Below are positions 20,101 through 28,875 of a DNA stretch of 64,000 nt, in pieces. The notes beneath the pieces were generated by a model. It was given only the letters and a program-made list of their open reading frames with translations. It was not told where the DNA came from and made no database searches. Source of the stretch: Litorivivens sp. (lineage in GTDB: Bacteria; Pseudomonadota; Gammaproteobacteria; Pseudomonadales; Spongiibacteraceae); the NCBI GenBank assembly GCA_041625575.1, contig JBFJTG010000007.1, positions 1,879 to 65,878 on the forward strand, given 5' to 3'. Made by a program: the position numbers and the translations under genes. Positions within the stretch are counted from its first letter, which is position 1; each line of letters opens with the position of its first letter.

Positions 20101-20128
20101 GGCCCACATAATCCCGACGTTCCGTCAT
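14141..20128 (-). CDS. chpA: Multi-Hpt hybrid chemosensory histidine kinase ChpA
   Basis: Four HT(L/I/F)KG Hpt motifs, HATPase (LEHMLRNAVDHGIE, SGRGVGMDVV), CheW domain, C-terminal receiver (VVDDSVTVRK, LDIEMPRMDG). Confidence 0.96.
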   Translation of the reverse strand: MTERRDYVGLDWVAGEIAESLQAAQEALQAFIDDPNDSTRLHFCLAHIHQVQGSLQIVEFFGVALLAEEMEGLVNAVLDSEIADNHLADALLALKRSLSEMPQYLDRVRESRREFPSELVLALNELRAVRGRNLLATVDLFAPDVAAGTYTSESSVSLPEHEFLEVAKKLRQMYQVALLGYFRGSDTRKNLNYMAKVCARAAKICRGHEVQDLWVVCIALLEGLLNNSIHSGFAVRNMLRRVDKEIRLFVDTGPAVLERPLPETLLRDMLFYVATSNASSNYIRDVKSRYKTEDGLPSRSDESQANTAMSKVRETLAVELIFMANAMARGDFQEASLQRLDDVHDAMAILGLSSEYQTLSGIRARLDKAGGESASPEAELRQLADSLRAELPPSFAKPMFNDSEEAQQQLDRAYLSVIRESRNGLELAKEAVVNFVANQWHIDYLKELPELLASIQGSLIIAELDRAARILKSSERFVSEQLLDDPHAPDWQTLDALADSLTSVDYYLERCASDFDNIDHDVLVVAERCVAQLGYPVDGPERPESERQSTAAKQKAESPVAQANEKPSADTAQLNPADKESVTSEDADEVDPELVEIFVEEADEVLDTLNDNRPALDSNLSDEQALAEMRRGFHTLKGSGRMVGAQQIGELAWSIENMLNRVVEKQLQMDSPRLALIDQCIAMLPDMIKAYSQGQRVDGAAIAEVQAKAEALANSQSPDLSELAVTPPPEVEPEPVDIAQSPALGEGGEAASSEDALADIFVAEARIHLQVIENFLVRAEAPIDISDAVQRSLHTLKGAANMAEMFEVAKVISPLESFVKDIRSVRVPADVESLMLLGDVVGSINSAIDKIESGQSTEIANSAILLSRIDALHRRLMLNVQDNDSHSEARLAPGELDSFMVATADRLSAMTQTLTHYADAASLRRLADTCGLIAQRAGEIKNLEAISELAQGLKVLMAGAVEPVPEEALDLCRRAVGVLDDMLNELAAEQKPQPAAVLLKRIQKFDYGTAHGNIELESEQADPWQSAGSGIDAEDIELTAASGDIPLVTEALQPEPDQPEVAQVAAASERIEPDPEPVEELEDVDPEVAAIFLEEAEELLEGIDESINAWSESEGSQSDLNNLLRHLHTIKGGARMAGLSALGSYAHDFESFVEASLSSGESNSDQFLPRLHAFQDALVAGVAAVRRGERFSVELPNAEPANAEPPILNDAFDPSLEGVDEVEPVSSPVEGAPAFVAEPEVVDIFLEEADDLIEAIDDAIQYWTGDRNNTEHLELLQRHLHTFKGGARLAGLVGLGDTSHEFETYIEQTQRRDDDFLSQMLAYQDRLSEGIEAVRGGNPHWASEPLLPAIVEQAPAPELLEVLAEAKTALAASQQKSPVAMDSQMPQEMIKVPSALMESLVNLAGETSISRGRAEEQVTELTMSLDEMAMTVDRLQEQVRRLDIETEAQILFRQEQVGTEQEGFDPLEFDRYSQLQQLSRSLMESSSDLVDIRTTLGERTRDMETLLLQQGRINTELQEGLMRSRMVHFTRMIPRLRRIVRQVSLEVSKRVEFSVYNAEGELDRQVLERIIPPLEHMLRNAVDHGIETAEERRAAGKNPVGSISMRFGREGGDVLIILKDDGGGIDFDAVRKKAVAMGLITEDQNVTEGQLSEFLFEAGFSTASKVTQISGRGVGMDVVYSEIKQLGGGIEVESTRGKGTEFVIRLPFTVSVNRALMVSVGGDIFAIPINTVEGVVRVSPYELEVYYQPDAPPFEYAQQPYSLRYLGGLLRTLATPHLEGQTEARPVLLARGTDRPTAVQVDSILGSREIVVKALGPQFSHVHGLSGATVLGDGSVVVIVDIPALIRVDVQRGRDAVLEQQKTQFIEERSRLVMVVDDSVTVRKVTSRLLERQGMDVILAKDGVDAVTQLQTCERLPDVILLDIEMPRMDGFEVASRVRHTGRLQDIPIIMITSRTGDKHRERAFSLGVNKYLGKPFQEITLLQAISEVMGEVAH

Positions 20129-20143
20129 TGCTATCTCGTCTAA

Positions 20144-20995
20144 TTAATTGCCGTCACGGCGCCGCTCAAAAACCTGAACATCGCCACTCGGTAATTTGTT
20201 AACGTCCGGGTGCTGCCAACCGCGTCCCTCGCTCGCACCAATTAGCAAAATGCCGCCTGGTTTGAGTCGCTGCACCAGATTATTTAATACTTGCTTCTGC
20301 CGCCAGCCACGAAAATACACGAGGACATTCTGACAAAAAATGACGTCCATCGCCGAATTGGGCGTCGCCTTGGGTTCCAGCATGTTGGATTGGACGAAGC
20401 AGACTCTGGAAGCCAGCTGCGGTTCAATCCGATAATTGAGGCTGTCATCACTTACCAGATAGCGTTCACGCAGTGTGTCGGGCAGCGATTGCAATCGCCG
20501 CACATGATAATTGCCTTGCCGCGCCGCTTTCACGGCCCCGCTGCTGATATCACTGCCTATCACCCCGAAATAGGCTCGCTGCTGAGCGCGCTGTACAAGC
20601 TCACTGGCAACCATTGCCATGGTGTATGCTTCTTCGCCCGTCGAGCAGCCCGCACTCCACAAATCTAGCGTCAGCCGCGATTGCGTATTGGCCTGCAAGC
20701 GACGCAACAGATACTGGGTCAGCACCCGGTATGAGGCCGGGTTACGATAAAACCGGGTCTCTTTTACCGCCAGATGATCAACCAAACCACCCAGTCTCTG
20801 CCAGGGCTGCGACTCGGATCTGACAAGCGCCAACTCAACCTCATCGGCACTCATGCCCTGCAGCCAGGGACTTAGCCCCTTGCGAAGAATATGCTCGTGC
20901 TGATTCAAGTTGATCCCGGTCTGGGCCTCCAATACTGCCTGCCAGCGGCCCAACTGATTCTCATCAACTTCCGGCATGATTTGCATCCACATCAC
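20144..20995 (-). CDS. pilK: CheR-like methyltransferase PilK
   Basis: VKETRFYR, WSAGCSTGEEAYT, DVIFCQNVLVYF. Confidence 0.92.
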   Translation of the reverse strand: MMWMQIMPEVDENQLGRWQAVLEAQTGINLNQHEHILRKGLSPWLQGMSADEVELALVRSESQPWQRLGGLVDHLAVKETRFYRNPASYRVLTQYLLRRLQANTQSRLTLDLWSAGCSTGEEAYTMAMVASELVQRAQQRAYFGVIGSDISSGAVKAARQGNYHVRRLQSLPDTLRERYLVSDDSLNYRIEPQLASRVCFVQSNMLEPKATPNSAMDVIFCQNVLVYFRGWRQKQVLNNLVQRLKPGGILLIGASEGRGWQHPDVNKLPSGDVQVFERRRDGN

Positions 20996-21025
20996 CGCTT
21001 ACGATTGAGGGAAATAAAATCGCCG

Positions 21026-23110
21026 TCAGACCGACTCTTCCTCAATCTCGCTCTCTTCTTCAAGCCCGTCGTCGACCGCAACCACTTGCTGCGGCAGCTT
21101 GAAGCCCGCCACCGAGCGACGCAATTCGTCGGTCATCTCTGAAAGATTACCGATTGAGCGTGCGGTTTCCGTAGTACCGGCTGAAGTCTGCGAGGTGATT
21201 TCCTGGATAACATGCATCGTATTGGAAATATGGCCAGCCGAAGCAGCCTGTTGCCGCGCTGCGTTCGAGATGTTCTGAATCAATTCTGCCAGTTCCTGGG
21301 ATACCTTCTCGATTTCTTCCAGTGCCGCACCGGCATCCTGCGCCAGACGAGCACCGCGCACCACTTCCGTGGTGGTTTGCTCCATAGAGATAACGGCTTC
21401 GTTTGTATCCGACTGGATCGTTTTAACCAGCGCTTCAATCTGCTTGGTCGCACCCGAAGAACGTTCCGCAAGACGCTGTACCTCGTCCGCAACAACCGCG
21501 AAGCCGCGACCGGCATCACCGGCCATCGAGGCCTGGATCGCAGCGTTAAGTGCGAGGATGTTGGTCTGGTCGGCGATGTCGTTGATCAACGATACGATAT
21601 CCCCGATTTCCTGCGAGCTTTCACCGAGGCGTTTGATCCGCTTCGAGGTTTCCTGAATCTGTTCACGGATGTTATCCATCCCCTTGATGGTGTTCTGCAC
21701 CATCTCGGCGCCAGTATTCGCGATGGATACCGAGCGCTTCGCAACCGCTGCGGATTCCACGGCGTTTGAGGATACCTGGTCGATAGTGACCGCCATCTCG
21801 TTGACCGCAGCCGAGGCGCCCGCAATTTCCTGCGCCTGATTTTCGGAGGCTTCAGCCAGGGTGAGCGCCGTTGCCTGTGAGTTCTGCGCTGCCGTGGATA
21901 CGCGCAAGGCCGTGTCGTTGATTTGAGATACAAGCACCCGTAACTGGTCAATGGTGTAATTAATAGAGTCCGCGATTGCCCCGGTAAAATCCTCCGACAC
22001 CGTCGCCGTCGTGGTCAAATCACCGTCAGCCAGGTCGGCAAGCTCGTCCAGCAAGCGCAGGATCGCACTCTGGTTCCGCTCGTTGGTTTGCGCCGTTTCT
22101 TGCAAGCGCACCTGCGTACTGCGAAACGACTGCACACCGATCAAGGCCAATGAAATCGGAATCAGGATTACAAAGGCCAATGCCGTCGTCGTCGACAGCA
22201 TGCGCTTGCCTTCCAGGTCGTCAATGGCCGCCGACAAGCGGTTAGTCGCTTCCTGAACCTTGGGTGCATCAACAATAATCGATTCAGCCGCGGTGGTTGC
22301 CTCAAGCAAGCTAGGGGAAGCCTGGAAGATATCGTCAACGGAGCTTGCTACGAATTCAAACAGCTGGCTAATTTCCTGCAAACTCTGCTGTGCCTCAGGG
22401 TCTTTAACCTGGCTGACTTGCATCGCCGGGTTACCCTCGATCATGCCGCGCAGTACGGTACCGAAAGTACTCGCATCGATGTTGAACTGGTCCGCAGCTA
22501 TCGGTGCGTCCTGACCACCGTCAAGCATGCGGTCAACGTTTCGGGCAATACGTTCCGCCAGCCATGACTGGCGCTGCGCCACCGCGACCTGGTCCGCCGG
22601 TGCCCGGCGATCGAGGAGGATTTCCACAACATTGTTATATTCCTGCTGGAGCACAGGAATCGACTCATTCAGCGTCAGGGCAACTTCGTGAAGGAAGATT
22701 ATCCGCTCTTTGTTGGTGATGATGGTTTCAGCCGCCTCGCTCACCCGCGCCCACACGCCGTCTACCTGATTGAGTTCGCTCTTGAGCAAATCTCGCGGCG
22801 ATGGCAGATCGCTGTTACCCCGTTCAAGCACCGTTTTGGCCTGCTCGAAGCGATCGCGAGCGGTTGCCAGCGACTCAAAGGCCTCGCCTTCGCCCGCCGC
22901 GGCTTCCCGCGAGCTGGTCTCAATTTGCTGGCTATACAAACGGAGGTCCGATGCAAGTTCCAGATAGCGCTGATCGTAGCCGGCATCCTGCAATACGATA
23001 TAGGCGTTGACCCCCGCGCCGACAAATCCAACCAGCATCAGGACAAACGCAAAACTGATAGAGCGGTTTGCCCGCATGCGCGCAACGCCGCCTTCTTTAC
23101 TTACTCTCAT
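21026..23110 (-). CDS. pilJ: Methyl-accepting chemotaxis protein PilJ
   Basis: Two TM helices, [54 protein letters not shown]. Confidence 0.96.
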   Translation of the reverse strand: MRVSKEGGVARMRANRSISFAFVLMLVGFVGAGVNAYIVLQDAGYDQRYLELASDLRLYSQQIETSSREAAAGEGEAFESLATARDRFEQAKTVLERGNSDLPSPRDLLKSELNQVDGVWARVSEAAETIITNKERIIFLHEVALTLNESIPVLQQEYNNVVEILLDRRAPADQVAVAQRQSWLAERIARNVDRMLDGGQDAPIAADQFNIDASTFGTVLRGMIEGNPAMQVSQVKDPEAQQSLQEISQLFEFVASSVDDIFQASPSLLEATTAAESIIVDAPKVQEATNRLSAAIDDLEGKRMLSTTTALAFVILIPISLALIGVQSFRSTQVRLQETAQTNERNQSAILRLLDELADLADGDLTTTATVSEDFTGAIADSINYTIDQLRVLVSQINDTALRVSTAAQNSQATALTLAEASENQAQEIAGASAAVNEMAVTIDQVSSNAVESAAVAKRSVSIANTGAEMVQNTIKGMDNIREQIQETSKRIKRLGESSQEIGDIVSLINDIADQTNILALNAAIQASMAGDAGRGFAVVADEVQRLAERSSGATKQIEALVKTIQSDTNEAVISMEQTTTEVVRGARLAQDAGAALEEIEKVSQELAELIQNISNAARQQAASAGHISNTMHVIQEITSQTSAGTTETARSIGNLSEMTDELRRSVAGFKLPQQVVAVDDGLEEESEIEEESV

Positions 23111-23168
23111 TCTCCGGACTCCAGGCCGTAAAGACTCTTTCTCATCTAATTATTGAGTGCAGCAAATG

Positions 23169-23714
23169 CTAGTCTGCCACATTGTAAAAACGCTCATCTT
23201 GCACGAGCTTCTCGGGGCTGAATAAGGCCCATTGCTGGCCTTCAAAATTGTAGGATCCCGACAAATAGGGACGCAGACTTTCCGGGGTTCCCGCTGGCAA
23301 TTCCTCGCTGAATACGTCCACAGGAAAAGTCTGCATGCCCCGCACCGCGTTGACGATAAGGCCGCTGTACAAATCGCCCATCTCAAGCACCAGCACTCTA
23401 TGCGCCTTGCGCTCACGACCGAGCGTGCCGCCGAGAAAGGCTTCCATATCCAGCAAAGGCAGCAGCCTGCCGCGCACGTTGGCAAGGCCCCGCACCCAGT
23501 CCTGCACCGATGGCAGTCGTGTGTAGGCAGGAATAGTCAATATTTCAGTGACCTGCCCCATTGGCGCCGCCATTTTTATGCCGCCCAGTTCAAAAGCAAT
23601 ACCGGTCCACTCCGGTACAATTTCTTTTTGCTCGGGCAGACCGGGCGCCACCGCCACACTGCGATTGGCATATGCCAACAATTGTTGAAACGGTTCGCTA
23701 GGCACATCGAGCAC
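23169..23714 (-). CDS. pilI: CheW-like adaptor PilI
   Basis: WTGIAFELG, WVRGLANVRGRLLP; GTG start at 23714 chosen from a GGAG RBS at 23724-23727. Confidence 0.9.
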   Translation of the reverse strand: MLDVPSEPFQQLLAYANRSVAVAPGLPEQKEIVPEWTGIAFELGGIKMAAPMGQVTEILTIPAYTRLPSVQDWVRGLANVRGRLLPLLDMEAFLGGTLGRERKAHRVLVLEMGDLYSGLIVNAVRGMQTFPVDVFSEELPAGTPESLRPYLSGSYNFEGQQWALFSPEKLVQDERFYNVAD

Positions 23715-23733
23715 TAAAATTAACTCCGCTTGC

Positions 23734-24099
23734 TCAGGCTGCCATCGCCGACTTGATGGCACTTACCAGTGTTGGACCATCGACCGGCTTGGTCAAATAG
23801 CCCTTGGCGCCCTGACGCTTACCCCACAAGCGATCGGTTTCCTGATCTTTGGTGGTAACAATAATCACAGGGATGCCGCTGGTTCTTTCGTCGCTGGTCA
23901 ACTGCCGGGTGGCCTGAAAGCCATTCATGCCAGGCATCACGATATCCATCAACACAACATCGGGCATTTCTGCGCGGGCCAGCTCAATTCCCTTTTCGCC
24001 ACTTTCCGCAGTAAGGACTTCATAGCCATGCTTGCTAAGTAGCTGGGAAATTTTATACGTTTCTGTCGGCGAATCGTCGACAATGAGAACGCGGGTCAT
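23734..24099 (-). CDS. pilH: CheY-like response regulator PilH
   Basis: VLIVDDSPTE, DVVLMDIVMPGMNGFQATRQL, TTKDQETDRLWG. Confidence 0.96.
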   Translation of the reverse strand: MTRVLIVDDSPTETYKISQLLSKHGYEVLTAESGEKGIELARAEMPDVVLMDIVMPGMNGFQATRQLTSDERTSGIPVIIVTTKDQETDRLWGKRQGAKGYLTKPVDGPTLVSAIKSAMAA

Positions 24100-24126
24100 T
24101 TCAATCTCCAACTCTGGTTTTTATTT

Positions 24127-24513
24127 TTATGCTGCCGCAACATGCGACTGTATTGCTTCCAGCAATTCGTTCTTACTAAAAGGCTTGGTCAGGTACTGGT
24201 CAGAACCGACAATGCGCCCCTTCGCCTTATCAAACAATCCATCCTTGCTGGACAGCATGATAACCGGCGTCTTTTTGAATTCACTGTTGTTTTTGATCAG
24301 CGCGCAGGTTTGATAGCCGTCCAGACGCGGCATCATAATATCAACAAATATGATATCCGGTTTGGAGTCGGCAATCTTCGCCAACGCATCAAATCCGTCA
24401 GTTGCGGTAATTACCGCACAACCGACCTTGGTGAGCAAGGTTTCCGCGGTGCGGCGAATGGTTTTGCTGTCGTCGATTACCATAACCTTGAGGTTTTGAA
24501 AGTTTGCTTCCAT
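24127..24513 (-). CDS. pilG: CheY-like response regulator PilG
   Basis: VMVIDDSKTIRRTAETLL, DGYQTCALIKNN, LSSKDGLFDKAKGRIVGS. Confidence 0.97.
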   Translation of the reverse strand: MEANFQNLKVMVIDDSKTIRRTAETLLTKVGCAVITATDGFDALAKIADSKPDIIFVDIMMPRLDGYQTCALIKNNSEFKKTPVIMLSSKDGLFDKAKGRIVGSDQYLTKPFSKNELLEAIQSHVAAA

Positions 24514-24769
24514 CGTGCCACCTTGACATCAGGCCAACCAACTCACATCGGCGGGCGATTTGTTATTGTTCCAGTCAGCTTTCCTGTTTAACATGGAATC
24601 CAGCTTTAATCCATAACTAGCCCATATATTAGGGAAATTTGCCTCCCGTGAACTTGCCAGCCGCGTCCCGGGCACGTACTTTAGCTGCCAAGCTTTTCAG
24701 CCCTGTTACGAGGCTGGAAATAACCGCCGCAGACCCGCAACGGAGTCTGCCTCAGCGTAGAATTAGACT

Positions 24770-25756
24770 ATGACAATCAAACTCGGTGTGGTCATGGACC
24801 CCATTGACCACATCCACTTCAAAAAAGACTCTACCCTTGCCATGTTATGGGCGGCGCGCGACCGGGGCTGGGAAATTCTCTACATGACCACCGCAGACCT
24901 GTATCTGGCCAATGGCGAGCCCTTTGCCACTTGCAAATCCCTGCAAGTCTTTGACGAACCAGAACATTTTTACGAGCTTGGCGAGGCTGTCGACATTGCC
25001 CTGAATGAGCTGGATGTGATCCTGATGCGTAAGGATCCTCCCTTTGACAACGAATTCCTGTACGCCACCCACCTATTGGAAGCGGCCGAGAGGCGCGGAG
25101 TGCTCGTCGTTAATCGACCCCAAAGCCTGCGCGATTGCAACGAGAAACTCTTCGCCACTCAGTTCCCGCAGTGCATCCCTCCACAACTTGTGACGCGAAA
25201 TGCATTGAAGTTGCGGGAATTTCACGCAGAACATGGTGACATCATCCTGAAACCGCTGGATGGCATGGGCGGCGCATCAATATTTCGCGTGGGTCCGAAC
25301 GACCCCAACCTGGGAGTGATCATTGAAACTCTGACCCGCCACGGCGAAGAAACCGTGATGGCCCAGCGCTTCCTGCCCCAGATCAGCGAGGGTGACAAAC
25401 GCATACTGCTTATCGACGGCGAGGCAGTGCCCTATTGTCTGGCGCGCATACCCGCCAAAGGCGAGACCCGCGGCAATCTGGCTGCCGGCGGCACCGGCCG
25501 CGCGCAAGCCCTGAGCGAGCGCGACCAGTGGATTGCCGATCAGGTGGCGCCGGTGGTACGCGAGAAAGGCCTGCTCTTCGTCGGCCTGGACGTCATCGGC
25601 GACTACCTGACCGAGATCAATGTCACCAGCCCCACCTGCATTCGCGAGATTGACCGCGCTTTCGACACCGGGATTGCGCAGCGCCTGATGGACGCTATTG
25701 CCATGCGCCTGGACGCGCGCGAAGCTGTGCAGGCACAGCAGAAAGATAGTGCGTAG
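24770..25756 (+). CDS. gshB: Glutathione synthetase
   Basis: VVMDPI, KKDSTLAM, LMRKDPPFD, KPLDGMGG, TRGNLAAGG, EINVTSPTC. Confidence 0.97.
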   Translation: MTIKLGVVMDPIDHIHFKKDSTLAMLWAARDRGWEILYMTTADLYLANGEPFATCKSLQVFDEPEHFYELGEAVDIALNELDVILMRKDPPFDNEFLYATHLLEAAERRGVLVVNRPQSLRDCNEKLFATQFPQCIPPQLVTRNALKLREFHAEHGDIILKPLDGMGGASIFRVGPNDPNLGVIIETLTRHGEETVMAQRFLPQISEGDKRILLIDGEAVPYCLARIPAKGETRGNLAAGGTGRAQALSERDQWIADQVAPVVREKGLLFVGLDVIGDYLTEINVTSPTCIREIDRAFDTGIAQRLMDAIAMRLDAREAVQAQQKDSA

Positions 25757-25760
25757 CAGC

Positions 25761-26639
25761 ATGAGCAGCCTTGCAAAGAGCACCGGCAACCACCCGATCA
25801 ACCCTGACAAACTGGGGTTTTTCTTTTGTCTGGCCGCCGCCTTGCACGCCGCCGTTATTCTCGGCGTGGGCTTTACAGAAGAATTGCGCAAGCAATCAGC
25901 GCCACGCCTTGAAATCACTCTCGCAAAACACAAAAGCGTCAACCCCGAAGAAGCCGATTTTCTGGCGCAAAACGATCAGGCTGGCAGCGGTACGCTGGAA
26001 GAAAAAGCCCTGCTCACCACCGATAAGTTGCGCCCCATGCGCGACAGCCTTCACTCCACCCCCGAAACCCTGTCGCTCGCCAAACGCCATCTGGCTGCAG
26101 ACGATCGCAAGTTACTAAGCACTAACTCACAGGCCGAACAACAAGCCGCTACGGTCGAAAAAGAGCGCGAACAAACTCCGGAATTAACCGAGGGCCTGGC
26201 AGCCACGACCCAATTAAGCCGCGAGATAGCGAGCTTGCAGGCCAAGCTGGACACACAACGCCAGGCTTATGCAAAAAGGCCACGCATTCGCACCCTGTCC
26301 TCAACCTCGACCAAAGCAGCTATTGAAGCCCAATATCTGCATCAATGGCGCACGGAAATCGAGACTATAGGCAACAACAACTACCCGGAGCAGGCCCGAC
26401 GACAGGGCATTGAAGGTTCTCTGCGAATGATGGTGGCGCTAATGCCGGACGGCAGTGTTCGCGAAGTGGAAATCCTGCAAAAATCAGGACACCCGCTGCT
26501 CGACGCCGCCGCCCTGCGAATTGTGCGTTTAGCGGCCCCCTTCGCACCCTTTCCCGCGGAATTACGCAACAAAGTCGATGTTTTGGAGATCATCCGCACC
26601 TGGCGCTTTGAACAAAGCACCCTGACCTCGGAGGGCTAA
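25761..26639 (+). CDS. Energy transducer TonB (TonB3-like)
   Basis: N-terminal TM with His (AAALHAAVILG), ADFLAQNDQAGSG, C-terminal TonB domain (NYPEQARRQGIEG, KSGHPLLDAAALRIVR); gshB-tonB-yqgE synteny. Confidence 0.85.
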   Translation: MSSLAKSTGNHPINPDKLGFFFCLAAALHAAVILGVGFTEELRKQSAPRLEITLAKHKSVNPEEADFLAQNDQAGSGTLEEKALLTTDKLRPMRDSLHSTPETLSLAKRHLAADDRKLLSTNSQAEQQAATVEKEREQTPELTEGLAATTQLSREIASLQAKLDTQRQAYAKRPRIRTLSSTSTKAAIEAQYLHQWRTEIETIGNNNYPEQARRQGIEGSLRMMVALMPDGSVREVEILQKSGHPLLDAAALRIVRLAAPFAPFPAELRNKVDVLEIIRTWRFEQSTLTSEG

Positions 26640-26656
26640 TTCAAACTGCAGCGCGC

Positions 26657-26684
26657 TTGTGTTCCCCCCGCGCTGAGCCATAAT
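26657..26684 (+). promoter_or_regulatory. Putative sigma70 promoter placing the start site at the yqgE ATG
   Basis: TTGTGT-16 nt-CATAAT, ending 6 nt before ATG 26691; no SD sequence. Confidence 0.5.
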
Positions 26685-26690
26685 CACACT

Positions 26691-27254
26691 ATGAGCAAAA
26701 GCAGTCTGAAAAATCACTTTTTACTGGCCACTCCCAGCCTCGGCAGCGGTTTTTTTGCGAAAAGTCTTACCTACCTCTGCGAACACAGTGAAGAAGGCGC
26801 CATGGGTATTGTCGTCAATCACCCTCTCGACCTTAGAGTCGACGAAATTCTCGCCCAGCTCTCCCTGACAGACAGCACACACCCGCACAATGAGCCCGTG
26901 CTGGCCGGCGGCCCGCTGTACACCGATCGCGGCTTTGTTCTGCATTACCGCGAGCAAAGCGAAAACTGGGAGTCCACTCTGGCGATTAGCAGCGACATCC
27001 GGCTAACAACCTCGCTGGATATTCTCAGCGCCATCGCCCAGGATCGCGGGCCTCATCGCAATCTCATTGCCCTGGGCTACGCGGGCTGGGCACCGGGCCA
27101 GCTCGAAGATGAGCTGGAAGATAACGCCTGGCTGACGGTACCCGCAGATGAAGATATCCTGTTTGCGGTACCCCACCACATGAAGCTCGATGCCGCCCTG
27201 AAAAAGCTTGGTATCTCACTGTCCCAGCTCGCACCCTACAGCGGCCACGCGTGA
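26691..27254 (+). CDS. yqgE: YqgE/AlgH family protein (UPF0301)
   Basis: LKNHFLLATP, CEHSEEGAMGIVVN, GGP...RGFVLH, LGYAGWAPGQLEDELEDNAW, GHA C-terminus. Confidence 0.95.
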   Translation: MSKSSLKNHFLLATPSLGSGFFAKSLTYLCEHSEEGAMGIVVNHPLDLRVDEILAQLSLTDSTHPHNEPVLAGGPLYTDRGFVLHYREQSENWESTLAISSDIRLTTSLDILSAIAQDRGPHRNLIALGYAGWAPGQLEDELEDNAWLTVPADEDILFAVPHHMKLDAALKKLGISLSQLAPYSGHA

Positions 27255-27697
27255 GTATGGATTCCCGCTCGACACTGGGCTTCGACTACGGCACCCGCTG
27301 GATAGGCGTGGCCACAGGCCAAACCTTGCTTGGCACGGCATCGCCACTCAAGCCGCTCAATGCCCGCGATGGCATTCCCGACTGGGAGGAAGTAGGCCGC
27401 CTGATCAGCGAGTGGCAACCCGATATCGTGGTCGTTGGACTGCCACTGAACATGGACGGCAGCCCCTCGGAGCTAAGCCAGCGCGCCAGTAAATTTGGCC
27501 GCCGCCTCAATGGTCGTTTCGGTGTTGAAGTGGAATTCTGGGACGAACGCCTAAGCAGCTTTGAGGCCAAGGGCGACATTATGGCAAATCGGCACAGCAA
27601 AGATTTCAAACGCGAGGCGGTCGACAGCCTGAGCGCTCAATTGATTCTCGAATCCTGGATGCGCAGCCAAAGCGCAAGGGCCAATACTCCAGACTAG
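27251..27697 (+). CDS. yqgF: YqgF/RuvX pre-16S rRNA nuclease / putative Holliday junction resolvase
   Basis: LGFDYGTRWIGVA, VVGLPLNMDG, DERLSSFEA, VDSLSAQLILES. Confidence 0.95.
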   Translation: MSMDSRSTLGFDYGTRWIGVATGQTLLGTASPLKPLNARDGIPDWEEVGRLISEWQPDIVVVGLPLNMDGSPSELSQRASKFGRRLNGRFGVEVEFWDERLSSFEAKGDIMANRHSKDFKREAVDSLSAQLILESWMRSQSARANTPD

Positions 27698-28845
27698 CGC
27701 CTCCGCGTACCGCCGCTCGCGGGATCGGGCTCTTGATCCATCATCGTCAAGCCCTTTGACATTTCGTCAAGCCGATCGGAGTCTGCACCACCCATCTTGA
27801 TCATGAGACGCAAATCATTGGGGGAATCCGCGTGAGCCAGCGCATCTTCGTAGGTAATCTGACCCTCTTTATATAGATCGAACAAGGCCTGGTCAAAGGT
27901 CTGCATTCCCTGCTCGGTTGAACGTGCCATCAAGCCTTTCAGCTCATGCACCTCGCCCTTGCGAATCAGGTCGGACGCCAGCGGCGTATTCAGCAAGACC
28001 TCAACACAGGCGCGCCGTCCCTCACCATCAGGTGTCGGAATTAATTGCTGGGCAATCATCGCCTTAAGATTCAGCGACAAATCCATCCACAACTGCCCCT
28101 GACGCTCAGCCGGGAAAAAATGCTGAATCCGGTCTAAGGCCTGGTTCGCGTTGTTGGCGTGCAGGGTGCACAAGCAGAGGTGGCCTGTTTCCGCAAAGGC
28201 AATCGCGTGATCCATCGTTTCCCGAGTACGCACCTCGCCTATAAGAATAACGTCAGGCGCCTGACGCAGCGTATTCTTCAGAGCCACTTCAAAGGACTCG
28301 GTATCAATTCCGACTTCACGCTGGGTAACAATACAGCCCTGATGCTGATGAATGAATTCTATAGGATCTTCGATCGAAATGATGTGACCACGCGAATTCT
28401 TGTTGCGATGGCCAATCATTGCCGCCAGCGAGGTCGATTTACCTGTGCCGGTCGCCCCCACAAAGATAATAAGGCCGCGCTTGGTCATCGCTAAATCTTT
28501 GATGATTTCAGGCAGTCCCAAGTCATCCACTTCCGGGATATGGGTTTCAATACGCCGCAATACCATGCCTGCAAAGTTACGCTGCTGGAAGGCACTTACC
28601 CGGAAGCGACCTATACCCCGCGAGCTAATCGCAAAGTTGCACTCCTTGCGCTCGGCGAACTCAATGCGCTGATTTTCGCTCATCACCCCCAACACCATTT
28701 CGCGGGTTTGATCCGGCGACAAGGACTGGGTACTGAGCGGGGTCATTTTTCCGTTTAACTTCATCGACGGCGGCACGCCCGCCGTGATGAATAAATCGGA
28801 GGCGCCGCGCTCAACCATGACTTTCAGCATTTTTTCTATAGCCAC
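27694..28845 (-). CDS. pilU: Type IV pilus retraction ATPase PilU
   Basis: ASDLFITAG, VGATGTGKSTS, LKNTLRQAPDVILIGE, LHANNANQALDRI; downstream of pilT. Confidence 0.95.
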   Translation of the reverse strand: MAIEKMLKVMVERGASDLFITAGVPPSMKLNGKMTPLSTQSLSPDQTREMVLGVMSENQRIEFAERKECNFAISSRGIGRFRVSAFQQRNFAGMVLRRIETHIPEVDDLGLPEIIKDLAMTKRGLIIFVGATGTGKSTSLAAMIGHRNKNSRGHIISIEDPIEFIHQHQGCIVTQREVGIDTESFEVALKNTLRQAPDVILIGEVRTRETMDHAIAFAETGHLCLCTLHANNANQALDRIQHFFPAERQGQLWMDLSLNLKAMIAQQLIPTPDGEGRRACVEVLLNTPLASDLIRKGEVHELKGLMARSTEQGMQTFDQALFDLYKEGQITYEDALAHADSPNDLRLMIKMGGADSDRLDEMSKGLTMMDQEPDPASGGTRRR

Positions 28846-28875
28846 AACACTCTACCTCTGGCGATTCAGCCCGCC

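Noticed and set aside
25277-25942. 221-aa antisense ORF over gshB/tonB
   Set aside because: Antisense shadow of conserved genes; no motifs
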